64,000 bases of DNA, taken from positions 1,497,885-1,561,884 of the forward strand of contig BFEA01000027.1 of assembly GCA_003427395.1 (NCBI GenBank), given 5' to 3'. The notes beneath the pieces are model-generated. The model made no database searches. It was not told the origin of the DNA and saw only the letters and a list, made by a program, of their open reading frames with translations. The position numbers were made by a program, and so were the translations under genes. Below are positions 37,896-51,291 of this stretch, in pieces. Position 1 is the stretch's first letter, and each line of letters opens with the position of its first letter. The DNA is from Chara braunii (lineage: Eukaryota > Plantae > Charophyceae).

Positions 37896-37996
37896 GCCCC
37901 TTTTTTACGCCTTGCGCAATTTGTTGATTAGTAGCGCGCCCACTAATCAACAGGCGCCACTAATCAACAAATTGCGCAAGACGTAAAAAAAGGGCA
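37896..37996. repeat. ~100-bp near-perfect palindrome (foldback or MITE remnant)
   Basis: CCCTTTTTTACGCCTTGCGCAATTTGTTGATTAGT / ACTAATCAACAAATTGCGCAAGACGTAAAAAAAGGG. Confidence 0.88.
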
Positions 37997-38768
37997 CATG
38001 CTAGATGTTTTCATAATGCACATGAGGACATACTCACAGTAGGACTTTTTTCAGTTAGCTCATTGTGGTCACATTCTTGCAGGTCGGACAGTAATAATTG
38101 CTGTTAGATACATTCAGGAAAGCACTCGAGTGAATTTGCCCGGAAATTACGCACGTATTCATCCTCTCCTCTGCTATCACTACTCTTCTCTGCTATCATT
38201 ACTCTTCTCTGCTATCATTACTCCTCTTCCCTGCTATCATTACGAGTCCAGCTAAATGCTTGATAGTTTTTCATACGCGTCAACCAAAATTCTGATCACA
38301 GATGGGACTGCTCTGTTTTCATATTTGTTGTTTTCCTCATTTCTTTCCCGGATTACTCGTCGATGATGTGTTACTCCCTCCCTCCCTCCCTCCCTCCCTC
38401 CCTCCCTCCCTCCCTCTCGCCTGGTGCTCCCGAGCTGTGGCCTTGTCGTCGGCTGCACGTATATTCTTTTCCTCCTATTGATGCTGTTACTCCCTCTCGC
38501 CTGGTGCTCCCGAACTCTCGGCTTAGCGTCGGCTTTGCGTATAGTCTTTTCCTCCTTCGATTGGCATTTTTTTTTTTTTTTTTTTTTTGTTCGTTTGCGT
38601 CTTTGAGGTCGTCACAACGTCGTTTAGTGTGGTGTGCAAAAGCGGGCACTCTCTTCCTTGATTTAAACGTCGATACGGCGGCAGCGGCGGCCAAAGCAGC
38701 GTTCATTCGGTCCAGTTCGCTGTGGAAATGCGAAGGGTAAAAATCATGTGAGGTGTCGCGACGCGATC

Positions 38769-38881
38769 TACAGTCTTCCCCCAAAGACAACATGCGGTTA
38801 TTGTATCTGAATTTAGACTGAAAGATACCCCAAATTCAGCTATAGTTAATGACCGTACGTTGTAGTCGGGGGAAGACTGTA
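38769..38881. mobile_element. MITE subfamily B
   Basis: TA-CAGTCTTCCCCC...GGGGGAAGACTG-TA. Confidence 0.82.
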
Positions 38882-39100
38882 GCCTTCTTTTCCTGGTTGA
38901 GACAGACGAATTTTTTTTTTTTTTAATAACCGAAATGCAAATGCTTTGGTAGCACAAACAACAGACAGTTCAACGCCCTCGCAGTTGTTTAGCTACTGCT
39001 CCTTTGCAAGGTTCAGTGAATTTTGCGGACTACTTGGTCGTCAATTTTTTTTATTTTTTATTTTTCTTGGTCGTCATTTTCTCTCCAAACAGACGAATTT

Positions 39101-39650
39101 GCGTCTCGCTCCACTCTACTCTCGAATCGAAACGAAAAAAATAAATCGAAAGTAGATCGAAAGCTGTCAGGCCATGAAAATGAACGAAAAAGTGTCATCG
39201 CTCCACTTGCTCTCTCGATGTCCCAACTCTCGAATCGCTCTCGACATCCAGCAGTGGAATCCGAATCCGGGTGCTAGAAGACAAGTCCCAGTTCCTTGTC
39301 TACTGGGACTCGAGGCTTACCTTCAACGTTTTTGGGATGGAACTGGCGTCCCGCTGGCGTCCCACGGAGGTCCATCGAAATAACCGCCGTGGCACCGGGG
39401 GGGGGGAGAGGGGGGGGGAACTTAGCCATCGAGGCTGCTCTCGCTCAATGACACACTTCTGACAGGTTTCGATGTGGAGATTCGATAGCTCATTTCGAGA
39501 GGTAGTGGATCGATACGTGACTCTCGAAAAATGTCGAGAGTTTTTCTCGAAGCATTCTCGATGGGATTGTCGACGCGGGAAATCCGTAGTAAGTGGAAGC
39601 GTGCCGTACTGTCGAAATTTTGCGTTTCGAGAGTAGTGGAGCTAGACCCT
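39101..39650. mobile_element. Longer Harbinger-like non-autonomous element
   Basis: GCTCCACT..ACTCTCGAA / TTCGAGAGTAGTGGAGC inverted ends; repeated internal CTCTCGA motifs. Confidence 0.55.
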
Positions 39651-40168
39651 TTCTCTCATCATCATACCACCGTCCCCAAAATAGAACAAATACAGCAATA
39701 TAATCACGGTGCGTTCTATTCGGGGGGGGGGGAAAGAAGGTCGTAAGATGTTGTAATTTCAGAATGACGATGGATTCGATCTCTGATCGATCGATTGACG
39801 GATTCGTTGAGTGATGATCGATATCGATCGATAGATAGATGGAAAAGAGTTCCTTAGTCGATTGCTTGCTTGATTTATTGATGGTGCTGGGAGATGAACC
39901 TGTAATGAATTTCGATAGGAGAAGCTGGGTTCATTTTTTTTTGTCGATTCGATCGGTGGTCGATGATTGATGATCGATCGATCGATGGAAAAGAGTTTCT
40001 TAATTGATTGCTTGATTTATTGATGGTGCTGGTAGATGAACCTGTTATTAGTAATTTCGATAGGAGAAGCTGGGTCCATTTTTTTCTTGATTCGATCGGT
40101 GGTCGATTGATTGATCGATTCGTCCAGTGGTGATAGAGCGCTCGGTGGAGGAGTTCATTGATTGATTG

Positions 40169-40206
<38 letters not shown>

Positions 40207-40585
40207 GGATGAATGGATGGATTGATGGACCTGTAATTAATTACGGTAGGAGAAGTGGACGGTAGGGAGACCTGGGTTTGGACCATTTTTTTTTCGGTTG
40301 CTTTCGATTTTCTTGTTGATTGTACTTAGTGCAATGGATGAGTCAACATGCAACACGATACTCTGCCGGATAGGCTCATCCTTTCATCCCATTTTTCGCG
40401 TGATTTCTCAATCTACCATATATGGGATTTAGTAAGCTAAGGGCACGAACCCCATCAACTTGATGTTCGACCCATCCCATCTGTCTGGTCCATTCCTCGT
40501 CTGTTCGATAACCACCCCAGCAACCCGCTCCAGGCTGTCCATCTGGCGATAATCCGTCGGCATTTTCAATTGCAAAATCCTACCA

Positions 40586-40692
40586 CAGTCTTCCCGCTAA
40601 TTTAACCCATGGTGGTTATAGCTGAATTTGGGGCTCCTTTCCGTCTAGATTCAGTGATAATGACCGTGCGTTCTATTCGGGGGAAAACGGTA
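40586..40692. mobile_element. MITE subfamily B
   Basis: CAGTCTTCCC...GTTCTATTCGGGGGAAAACGG-TA. Confidence 0.75.
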
Positions 40693-41239
40693 GCGATCCA
40701 TCCTTCATCTGATCTCATGGTGGTGGGGTAACAGATGAATACGTCCCTCGGTCTGGTGACAGGACCTGTGCACATCATCTCATGCCCTTGCCATTACCCT
40801 CCCCCCCTATCCATTTTATACCCCCATCAGCCGTCTGATGATACCCAGTGTCTATCTGGTTTGTCTCTCTGTCTGGTAGCCATCCCTATCCATCACATAC
40901 GCTTATCAGTCTGTAATGGGATTTTGTATGCTTCCTTGGTCGCGCCAGGAAATACATTGCGAGCACCACTCTTATACCCTTTGCATCTAATTATCTTGTT
41001 TGTACTCCATCTACGTGGACACCATTCATTCGATGTTCGATGTCTGGATCTGTCTGTAACCGTCCACCGTTTTTTTGTCTGTTCTTTGGTTACCCTTTTT
41101 TTTTTCTTTTTTTTTTTTCCCCCCTTCCCTTTCTTTACAATGACGTCCTTGCCTCGGGGAAGACGGAGATCACATGCTGATTCGTCCCCGTTCGCCTATA
41201 GCTAGAAGGATTATCGTTGTTTATAGTACCTCACCCGGC

Positions 41240-41505
41240 TTTGTTTTGCATGTCTTCCCGCGCCAATCGCTCATTGAGGGAAGGAAGGAGGGAGGGAGGA
41301 CAAGTTTTGGTTTGCATGTCTTCCCACGCAAATCGTTCATTGAGGGAGGAAAGGAGGGAGGGAGGACAAGTTTTGGTTTGCGTGTCTTCCCAAGCAAATC
41401 GTTCACTGAGGGAGGGAAGGCGGACAAGAGGGGTCTTTGGACAAGAGGGGTCTTTGGACAAGAGGGGTCTTTGGACAGAAGAGGTCTTTGGACAAGAGGG
41501 CTCTT
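41240..41505 (+). repeat. ~64-bp units (three) followed by ~18-bp GGACAAGAGGGGTCTTT units
   Basis: Direct inspection. Confidence 0.88.
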
Positions 41506-42049
41506 TGTATTTTCACCTGGGCAAGCACGATGCTTGCCTAGTGTGCACGACCCTAAGGAACTGTCCAGATTGATGGGATGTATAGGTCAAGGGCAAGAGT
41601 CGGCGTGGTCGTCATAGAATTTCTTTCTGAAACCTATGAAGAGCTCAGTTGGGACACCGATGAACTGTTGAAATGCAGACCCGAGTTGGAATCTAAATTG
41701 ATTTCAACTAGATCGGGCGAAGATGGTAGTTTTGCGTTTTCTGCAAAGGGGTTTTCTATTTTTGGGAGCTGTAGTTCGATGGCGGGTTCCAGTCACCAAA
41801 CGAGATTATCAACCTGGGAAATTTGTCGGATCAGGACACTATCCTGCCATGTGAATTGTATGGAGCGCCGAGGAGTCACGTGGAAGGTGCTGAGCAATCA
41901 AATTGCTGAGCAATCAAAATACAGAAAGCAACGAAAATAGAGCATATATTGTTATTCAATAAAAGTTGTATTTCTTTCCACTAGTAAGCAATACAATGCA
42001 GGGAGATTCTGGTGGGAATTCAGCAAGGACAAATGGGACGAGGTCTCAC

Positions 42050-42158
42050 TACTGTCTTCCCACGAACATAACGCACCCTAAAAATGAATGTATACAAGCT
42101 ATATTTCTGGCCAGATACAGCCAAAATAAGGGTGCGTTGCGTTCGGGGGAAGACGGTA
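42050..42158. mobile_element. MITE subfamily A
   Basis: TIRs with TA flanks. Confidence 0.88.
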
Positions 42159-42538
42159 GTATAAGAGGATTGGATTGAGATGTTGCATCTGGATGTGTAC
42201 TATACAGAGATGCAGAAAAGCAGCTCAATCTCGATTTGCTCGACCTTTCTACAAACACGTCCAGATTCAGGCATTCAGTTCAATCCTCTTTGCGAGTGGG
42301 ACCTTGCCCACCTGTATTACCCCAACCCCTAGAGCCTGGAGTGATGCTGTAAGACATAGGGAAAAGCTTTTGAAGCTTCGAGATGCGATAGTCAAAGGAG
42401 AATTTGAATGGGGAGCAACTTATATTCCGCTGAAACCTGGGAAGAACGAAAAGCGTCCACTGGATATATATATATAACAGAACTGCCAGGTAAACCGTAG
42501 GCAGAGAGAGAAGAGGACAACAAACGAGGGGCTGTGAC

Positions 42539-42594
42539 AAACTGTTTCGTCGGAGTTTCACCGACTCATCAGGAGGCTGAACCCTCAACAGTCT
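42539..42594 (-). ncRNA. Type III hammerhead ribozyme
   Basis: Minus strand: AGACTG-TT-GAGG(GTTCAG)CCTC-CTGATGA-GTCGG(TGAAACT)CCGAC-GAAA-CAGTTT; full core, three stems, GUU cleavage triplet. Confidence 0.9.
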
Positions 42595-43099
42595 GCAGAA
42601 TCCCCTCACTGATTACACTNNNNNNNNNNNNNNNNNNNNNNNNNNNNNNNNNNNNNNNNNNNNNNNNNNNNNNNNNNNNNNNNNNNNNNNNNNNNNNNNN
42701 NNNNNNNNNNNNNNNNNNNNNNNNNNNNNNNNNNNNNNNNNNNNNNNNNNNNNNNNNNNNNNNNNNNNNNNNNNNNNNNNNNNNNNNNNNNNNNNNNNNN
42801 NNNNNNNNNNNNNNNNNNNNNNNNNNNNNNNNNNNNNNNNNNNNNNNNNNNNNNNNNNNNNNNNNNNNNNNNNNNNNNNNNNNNNNNNNNNNNNNNNNNN
42901 NNNNNNNNNNNNNNNNNNNNNNNNNNNNNNNNNNNNNNNNNNNNNNNNNNNNNNNNNNNNNNNNNNNNNNNNNNNNNNNNNNNNNNNNNNNNNNNNNNNN
43001 NNNNNNNNNNNNNNNNNNNNNNNNNNNNNNNNNNNNNNNNNNNNNNNNNNNNNNNNNNNNNNNNNNNNNNNNCTTTTTGTTGGTGAATAGGATGTCGGA

Positions 43100-45700
43100 G
43101 ACCCTTTCTGTCCATCATGATGAACAATTGTCAGTGCAATCATGACCACACTGAAGTCATAATCTTTCTTCTTTGCCCCCAAGGGAGAAGGATGCCTAGC
43201 CATCGTCACTACGAATTGCCAGCTGAAGGGTGGAGGATGCCTGCATCTGGCCATCGGGACCACAGTCAAGGCATGATCTGTCGTCTTTGCTGAGACACGG
43301 TTAAAAGAGGATGTGTCGCATCAGATTGATCCTGCAAACTGGAAATGCGTGGCAGGAGATTCAATGCCATCAGCTTTCCCGTTTCCACATTCAAGTAAAG
43401 CCTCTGTCGGAATGCACGTGGATGATTGCCTGTGCAGGTGCAGAGTTTGGACAGGGTCGACTGCGCCCAGGTGCATACGGCTTATGTAAGCATTGGGGAA
43501 GGGCAGAGGCAATCTGTCAAGAATCCTGTTCTTTTTTCTTTCACTGTACTCTGTGGCTCAAACCGGTCTTGCGCTTCTTGGAGCAAGGGCCTGTTCCCGT
43601 GGCCCTATCTTCGAGCTGGGGGGTGTTATGAAGGCCCTGTGGCCATTGTTACGGTATGTCCAACCTGTGAGAGAAACAGGATGCAGCCTTTATGATCCTC
43701 GTCTGTTGTATGTTAATTTTCCGAGTGGCGATGGAAATCACAAAAACCGAGACAACCAACAGGGGAGAGGGGTAAGGGGGAAAGCGGAGGAAACTGACAG
43801 AGTGGCAAGTGATCATCCTGAGTTGGGTAATGCACGTCTCCTTCCATTTTAGGCACCTGAGGAGCCTCTAGGTGCCCCTTCTGGGTTTCTTTGGAGGCAC
43901 TTCTTAGGGTGTGAGGGTGTGGTGACCGGCTAAGCATTGTGATTAGCGTAATACCTATTGTTACCTCATCGTCGAAGTAACTGTGGGGCAGGACCATGGA
44001 GCGAGGTCTTAAACCACCAGTACATCTCGGTCCTGGTGGCCTTCCACTGCATGCCAAGCTGCTTTTCCGAACGGTCAGCGGTTTGGCTTCGTTTCCTTTT
44101 TGGCTGGCGCTGCCAGCCATTGTAGTCCGGTAGCCTGGAGCCTCCGAAATTTTCATAGGTGATGAAAGATTTCTCCACAAGGCTGGGGCCGTGTACTGGC
44201 CGTTTAAGGCTCCTGCTCGTCTGGCAGCTTGCTGAGATTAACCTTGCACATGGGCGAGCAGGGCCCAGGCGATCTCCTACGTATCGAAGTGTGCTACCAA
44301 ACTTCATTCACATCAGGGGTGTATTGCTTTTCCAACGGCCAATGGTAGAGAAAACAAAAAGTATGGTACAAGAGCACCTAATGCCACTTGATTGATATCA
44401 ACCCATTCTAGAGAAATTGAGTACGCCTTTCTTTTTCCTATTTTTCTTTTCTTAACAAAATTCAGTAGATGTATCTAGGATAGATTTGAGAGCTTTCATG
44501 ACTGAGCTCCTATATTCTGTACCCACTTATGGCGAGAGGAAAAATGGCACATCAAGGGCCCGAGGACCGCCCTATTAGCGTCAGCAAGGACGGGTTCAAA
44601 TGTAAGACCCCCCATGTAGTCTTTTGTGACAAGCATTTGAGAATCAGGGTGAATGGCTCTGCAGGCATCGGATGTGGGCTGGTCAGGTGACGAGCTTTAT
44701 CAGGATGTACCCTACTTTTTTTTTTCCCGTTTTTGCTCGTTATAACTTATAACCAAATCGCTAAGGCAATTTTTATTCTGGGAGGCATCAGCCTGGTCAT
44801 TCTCCGGTTGCAATGAATAGAAACACATGCAAGGGGCACTTGATGGTTTTTCCCATTATGGCTGAGAAAGCCAAGACTGTCCTGTCCCCATGGTCCCATT
44901 TGTGTGAACTACTATCTTTAGGCAACAAGCTAAATATTGCTTATCCTATTTTGCAATTTCTTACTTCTAGGAGAGGCTCATGTTTCGCCAAAGTTGCCTA
45001 CGAAGGTCTTGTGTGCCAAAAGGCTCGTTCGTTCTCTGTTGTCATCCCAAACATTCTGCAATGCGCGTTGCCGAGCACAAAATAACTAGGGGACCTTGCG
45101 AATACTCTGTGGTTTGCTGCTAGTCTAGCCAGTTGATTGTTTTATGCCGATGTATGGGGAATTTGAGGGAAACGATTTCTCATCCTTTTGTCCTCCCCTT
45201 CCCAGCCGCATTCCTCAACGGGTCCAGATCACCTGTCTGGACTGATCTCAAATCAGACTCTGGAGGGCAAAATCTGAGAGGCCTTTGTTCTGTAACAAGT
45301 AAACCAGATACCTGGTGCACAGTCATTTATCTCCCATTCCTACAATGAGAAAGATGAAGAGAAACGAACTGAAACTGCAGAGAATGTTGCCCTATAGCAA
45401 GAAAAGCTTGGATGAGAGAACCAGATAGTCAACATCAGACTGAAAGTCACTGAACGGTTTCGTATTTCTGAGCAAATCATGTCCTCTAAGTCCTCTTGCC
45501 ACAGGAGAAGATGGCCCAAAAATACATGTTTTTTTTTCTGGTGGAAACGAGGGAGGTGGTCTCTCAACCACCCTTCTTGGGAAGGCATGCGTGTGAGGTT
45601 GCGCTGAGAGACTATCTTATGAGTTATAACTAGTTGTGGGAGTCTGTGATGTTGCTTGTTATTACGCTGGAAAGACTCTCCAACTCGATTTGTATAAGAT
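43100..45700 (-). mobile_element. Heavily decayed L1-like LINE ORF2 remnant
   Basis: Weak minus-strand remnants: W...P...GG..LD (~44550-44620) and a CxxC/H-like CPNS..IIHVHSD..F..W (~43380-43460). Confidence 0.35.
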
Positions 45701-45873
45701 TTCTTTCATCAGGATGGATTATTCTGGGCACGGCCTGCTTCTTCTTCTGGTGTTGCCCGCCTTGAGGTCGTAGACGACGGCAATGTGTCATCATCTGTCG
45801 AAGGATGACTGTTTGACTTCAGAGAGAAGTCTCACTTTGTGTTCTTTGGACCATCTGGGAGAGCTTTTGAGAG

Positions 45874-45935
45874 ATGTGTGAGGACAAAAGCAAGTGGCAT
45901 ATGTCTGCATTTTGGGAGATGCACAGCTCCAAGAT
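45874..45935 (+). CDS. Host gene coding exon 1 (MCEDKSKWHMSAFWEMHSSKM)
   Basis: ATG with an upstream in-frame TGA; GT donor at 45936; phase matches the next exon. Confidence 0.5.
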
Positions 45936-46028
45936 GTGCGCTGTAGTTTTCCATGATCAGCAGATCTTCTATGCTCTTATTTACTAACGATAATTGTATA
46001 ACATTTTTGGTGGCATTGGCCCTGGCAG

Positions 46029-46173
46029 GGACATGACTTCATACCACAGCACCTTGTTTATATACGTCTCTCATATCCTGCAGAAGCTTATATTTTTTGT
46101 GGATAATAGTCCATGGACGGATGATGGGCCTCGATCGAAATCTGTGGAGGTTTGGCAGTATCTTCTCATGCAG
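46029..46173 (+). CDS. Host gene exon 2
   Basis: CAG acceptor and GTAAGT donor; DMTSYHSTLF...FVDNSPW...WQYLLMQ resembles the FVDNRPW motif I recall from this plant family. Confidence 0.85.
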
Positions 46174-47816
46174 GTAAGTTGACTAAGTGCAAGAGGTATG
46201 AGAGGGAAGAAGATGTATTTGGAGCGGGGAAACGACGCTTGACGCATATGCTTGCATTATCTGCGCGGCATTCAAAAATGATGCCTCGTTGTATTCTAGG
46301 AAAAAGTGCTGTATGTGATGATTTTCTTTTTCTTTTTTTTCTTTTTCTTTTTTTTTATTTTTAACAGGTCCTTATGGCCCTGGCTCGATTTCCATTCTGG
46401 GGAGCGTCAGATATGTGATGATTTTCTAACGAGTGACTGTTCCGTAAAAAATGCTGTGTGTGATGATTTTCAATTTCTAAACGAGTGGCTGTTTCGGAAT
46501 TTCAAATTCAGTAAGTGGCAGATTCTTATTCTTTTGCCCTCCTGTTTCACAAGGTCAGGTCGCCGAGGTCTATGCATGGATGGGTGCTTGATAATGTGGC
46601 TCTCGCATCTCACCTATTCTGGGTTCGGAAGTATCTGTTGGGCTGTTGTACTGATCACCTAAGTGCACAAGGCCGAAGGGCTGCAGGGTATGCTTGCCCG
46701 AAAATGACTCCGATTTGAGATGCCTCATCTCGTATAAGCGCCAGGGGGCTTGCATCACAGCTCCAGGCACGGAATGCAGCAAAGACATGCTGGGCACGAA
46801 GTGCAGACGCTTCGTGTCTGCTCTTCGGGCCTCTATGGATGTGCTTTTATGGCATGGAATGATTGGAATCCAATTTGTCTCACATGCGTTCTGGCATCAA
46901 TGACCTGAAGCAAGAGTTTCTACGTGCTGATTATGCTAGATGATGTCGATCGCGGGCAGGTTGGGAGGGAAGTGCAAAACTTTCAGGTGCTGGCTGCTAT
47001 GCAGTACGTGTTCTATGTGTCTTCACCATGTTGTTTTGATAGTGCAGCAGCAAGGAGTTTGTGGCGTCCTTAGTATCACCGGCATCTCTGATTGGACCAT
47101 TTTGAGATCTGGGCAAAGGCAAGCAACCTGCTGTGGAGTTCTCCTAGAATTCTTGAAATTCGCCAGAGAATGTGACGGGTTTCTGAGGTTTCCATTTTGG
47201 CTCCTATGCCAGGGAATTGTGGAGGTGGCCGCTCATACGCTTGGCAAGTGTTTTTTTTTTTCCTTTTCAAACCTTCATGTCCTGTTCTGTTGGTTCAGTC
47301 GTTCGAATCCAACTGTTCGAAATTCTACTTATACAGTCGACCAACGTTGTATTTTCTAATCTAATTTGATTTCCCCTGTGAAGCAAGGTTGCTTTGAGGT
47401 CCCTAAAGGCCTTTCTTGAAAGCTATTTGGTATTGTATTATGGATGGGACTAATTTGATGGCATTTGTTGATTGTTTTCCTGTGAAGTCAAATCCAAGTT
47501 CGGATAGTTTGTGAGTCAGCTGTCTGGTGGTGGGAGTGGACGTGTGGTTCTTCATTCCCTTCTCCCTTCCCTTTGCTTTTTGTTGTTCCGGATTCGTCTC
47601 AAATCGTGTAAGCCTGTAAGGCACTTTCTGGCAGGACCAAGTATTATAGTCCGTAGGTAGGGAGATGGGGATCGTGTTGGAGTCTGAGAATATCTCAAGG
47701 TGTGGTTTGAAGTCGTAATAACGATGACTGATGTGGACTTCAAATCAACCCAAGCAAACCGTGCTCGATCAGAAATGCTGATTGTCAGTGTGCGTGGGGG
47801 TTGTTTTTCTTGACAG

Positions 47817-50442
47817 TCTAGAAGATCCCCTTTTGTTAATTGGAAACTCGAGAGAGCGCGGAGACATCGGATCAAGGAAGAAGAGAAGGCCCTGCTGAAA
47901 GAGCTGGAAGATTCAGCGGGATGGGAATGTCAAAGGCAGATGTCGCAAGCAAAGCTGAAGGCTATGGGGCGCAAGATAGTTGCGTATGTGAAGGCCAGAA
48001 AGAAGCGGGCATCTCATGGCCTGTATGGATGTGTGGTATTTGAAGTCGACTGGGACGACTTCCGTGGCATCAATTATGTGAATGAGCTGCAAGCTCCAGT
48101 GTTCTTTGCGATAGAAGCAAGGACTGTGCAGAAAAGGGAGTTTGATGATTTGGGCGAGGCTTACGAGTACTACATGGCAAAAGAAGGACCAGAGGAAGAG
48201 GACGAGGAAGGAGATGAAGATGAAGATGGCGAGGACGATGATGGTTATGATGAGAAAGAGGATGATCCGGATGGCGACAATTGTAGTCATGATGGTGATG
48301 ATGAGAATGTACTGTATGATGAGGACGAAGTAGAGGAGGAGGAAGAGGAGGAAGAGGAGGACCGGAGGGATGAACGCACTTGGGAGGATGAGCAAGACGA
48401 GGAAGAGGTGGCAATGCATCATGAGGAGGAACGATTGTGGGGCCGTTGTGAGGATAGACAGGGCAGGTGGGCATGTGAACAGAGAAGAGGGGATGCTCGG
48501 GCACAGTTAAGTGGAGTGAGCGACTGCTCTATCTCAGGGCAGAGAGCAAGATCAAGTGATGGAAGGGGCGTTGGGGGGCTCCCTCGTGTTTGTAATGCTG
48601 GGGATATGTCTGTGGTGAGTACTCCATGTTCTGTTGGGTGGCCGTTACGCTTGAGTTCACATGTAGACGACGCTGGCCACTCAGGGGCTATAGGGATTAG
48701 CGAAGTTAGGGATTGTAGATCTCAGGATAGGAGGGCTATAGCTGATAGAGTAGGTGCTAGAGAGGGTGTTTTAGCTTCAAATAGTTGTATAGGAGGTAGT
48801 GAAGGGTTCACGGGCAGAGGGAAGTTCCTCTCTGTGACATCCAGACAGAGCCAATGCATTGTTGGCAAATCTCATCTTGAGACTGGGGGTAATCAAAGGG
48901 CGCCGAGTGACATTGGATGGTATTCTGAAGCCCGACAGGGGATGGACAGTTCAAGCCGGAGAGAGAGTGGAAGTGGTTGGGAGAGAGATGATGAAGGAGA
49001 CTTTGATGATGAGAGGGATTGTATCGAGTCTGATCCTGAATTGTTCCTCACCCCTCCATCTTCCCCACGGGGTTGGATGCAGTCTGAGGCAAGTGAAAGG
49101 AATGACGCATGGGGATGTTATACCTTGAGGCGCCGAAGGCGGTCGCGCGAGTGTCGATCTCCAGTCTCTGACGGTTGTGTCTTGGGCAATGGACGATCAG
49201 CACAACAGTGGTTTCCTCCAGGAGTTCGTGAAAAAACGGGGCAAAGAGAAGCAAGGGATCGCACCATGGAGCCTGAGTTTTCTTTTGAGTATAGGAAGGG
49301 TGGGAAAACTGTAGATATGAGCCTATGTCCATCCAGGTCTGTTGGGGGAGTAGGGGGACTGTCTGTACAAAATCATGATCCCAGGAGTTACTGTAGCATG
49401 CGAACACGTGGATGTAATGACAGATATGGGGGTTTGCCGGGGTTGCGGGGACAGGATGAAGTAAAATACCCTGCAGGTTGCAGTCCAGATGAAGAGACAG
49501 AGAGTGATCAAGTAGGGAACGAGCAGTCGACTGATGATGGTGATGAGTGTGATGGTCCAGACCAAAGCGGAGAGGAAGATGAGGAGGCGAGCGACGGTTC
49601 GGCGAAGGACAAGAAGTCCGGTTCCTCTGCAACAGCTTCTTTATCAGCATCGAGGGAATGCTCTGGATGCTTATCTGGCTCAGTATCTGATTCGCTCGTC
49701 TCCGTCTCGTCAACGGCAAGCTCGGACGCGCACACACATCTTCCTACAGAGATCCCACAATCTTGTTTTGTGGAGTCTGGAACTGTCACAGGTGATGTGG
49801 CTGATGTGTACAAGGATATGCTCATCGCGGTTCGGTTTGAGGATCCTCTGCTGCCTGTGGAATTGCAGCAAATGATCACTCATGACCAGAAGAGGTTAAA
49901 GATGCTTGAATCTGGTCTTCCATCGTGGGCGATCTTTTGCCAATCCTATCCGTTGACACGCAACCTGTACCGACCATGGATGCGCGCACTGTCGGTGTAC
50001 ATATTCTTTCTGATTTCGCTGACGACTGTGTTGATTGGATTCTATGATCTTTACAAGAACGTGCCAGTGCTGAAGGAGGCCTTACACCGTGTATTTGGCC
50101 CCTTAGTGGAGTGGGTGGATGCGTGGGAAGTGGGTTCTCGACTCAAGTACCTGGGGACAATGCTGTTCCTGCAGAACTGCCAGAAGGCCTTCAGGTGGAT
50201 TATGACTTTGTCAAGGGGTCTTATGGAAGTGACAGAATTTTTGCTGAAGCCTCTGGAACGACCAATATGGCTCCTAAGTGAGATCATGCTCCTTCCAGTG
50301 TGGAACATGTTGGTGGAGTTTTGCCTGGATGTATTTGGTCTTGGCTGGTCGACGATCTGTGCAGTGAAGACTGTTTTAGAGTGGATACTGATGGGTTTCT
50401 TTGTGCCGCTCTTCGATGCCGTGAGACTACTCTGGTACTGCG
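47817..50442 (+). CDS. Host gene exon 3: conserved uncharacterised plant membrane protein
   Basis: 2.6-kb open frame with AG/GTGAGT boundaries; conserved blocks LYGCVVFEVDW..RGINYVNELQ and LESGLPSWAIF.QSYP..LYRPWM..VLIGFYDLYKNVP..SRLKYLGTMLFL. Confidence 0.92.
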
Positions 50443-50545
50443 GTGAGTAAACTGGTCATGATTTCCAAGGTTGGGCCTGGGTGGCATCCAGTGGAGGTGG
50501 CTGCTTGCAGTGTGTCGAAGTTCCTTCCCTCTGCCTTCTGTCGTA

Positions 50546-50908
50546 TGCCACTACCTTGTCTGTTCAGAAAAAGGATGAGGGAGGGGAATTGACTGGTTGT
50601 CTACCAAGGACCATCAGATTTCAGAAAGTGCATGCCTGCTTGTTTGTGTTCTTTCCCTCTGTGATTTTCAGAAAATCTGCCATTGAGGGATGCAGTTGCT
50701 GTTGATGTGTGTTCGAGCATTGCTATCTGTCATATGCAACTACCTTGTCTATTCAGAAAAAGGAATGAGGGAGGGCAATTGACTGGTTGTCTACCAAGGA
50801 CCATCAGATTTCAGAAAGTGATTGCTATCTCGTTTGTTTTCCCTCTGTGTTTTACGGAAAATCTGCCATCGAGGGATGCAGTGGCTGTTGATGCGTGTTC
50901 GAGCACTG
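50546..50908 (+). repeat. ~187-bp intronic tandem duplication
   Basis: ACTACCTTGTCT.TTCAGAAAAAGG...CCAAGGACCATCAGATTTCAGAAAGTG occurs twice. Confidence 0.9.
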
Positions 50909-51025
50909 CACATTGAGTACTAGGTGCCTGTTTTACCTGCTCGGTGATGGACGAAGTCGTGGTGGTGTCTTCAACCGCGCTTTCTGACAACAGCTTTGTG
51001 GGCTTTGTCCGTGGTGGTTTTGCAG

Positions 51026-51291
51026 TTGAGGCGCTGGTCTACCCATTGTTTGCTGCTGTGTGGGCAGTCATTTCATTGCCATTCACACTTGTATCCTGCT
51101 TAGTGGATATTCTGGTGGCATTATCAGTGGGCATCTTTGAGGGAGTGAGGTTAATCTTCTCCATGATTGGCACGCTGTCTAGGATGGCCATGTCGTTCCG
51201 ACGCATATCAGCTGGATTAAGCGAGGCCAAAGTTGTTGCAACGGCCAGCCCGTCCACATGGCGTAGTCTCTACCAGGAGATATTTTCCAAG
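51026..51291 (+). CDS. Host gene exon 4 (hydrophobic helices)
   Basis: TTTGCAG acceptor, AAG/GTAGG donor, phase consistent; ends WRSLYQEIFSK. Confidence 0.85.
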
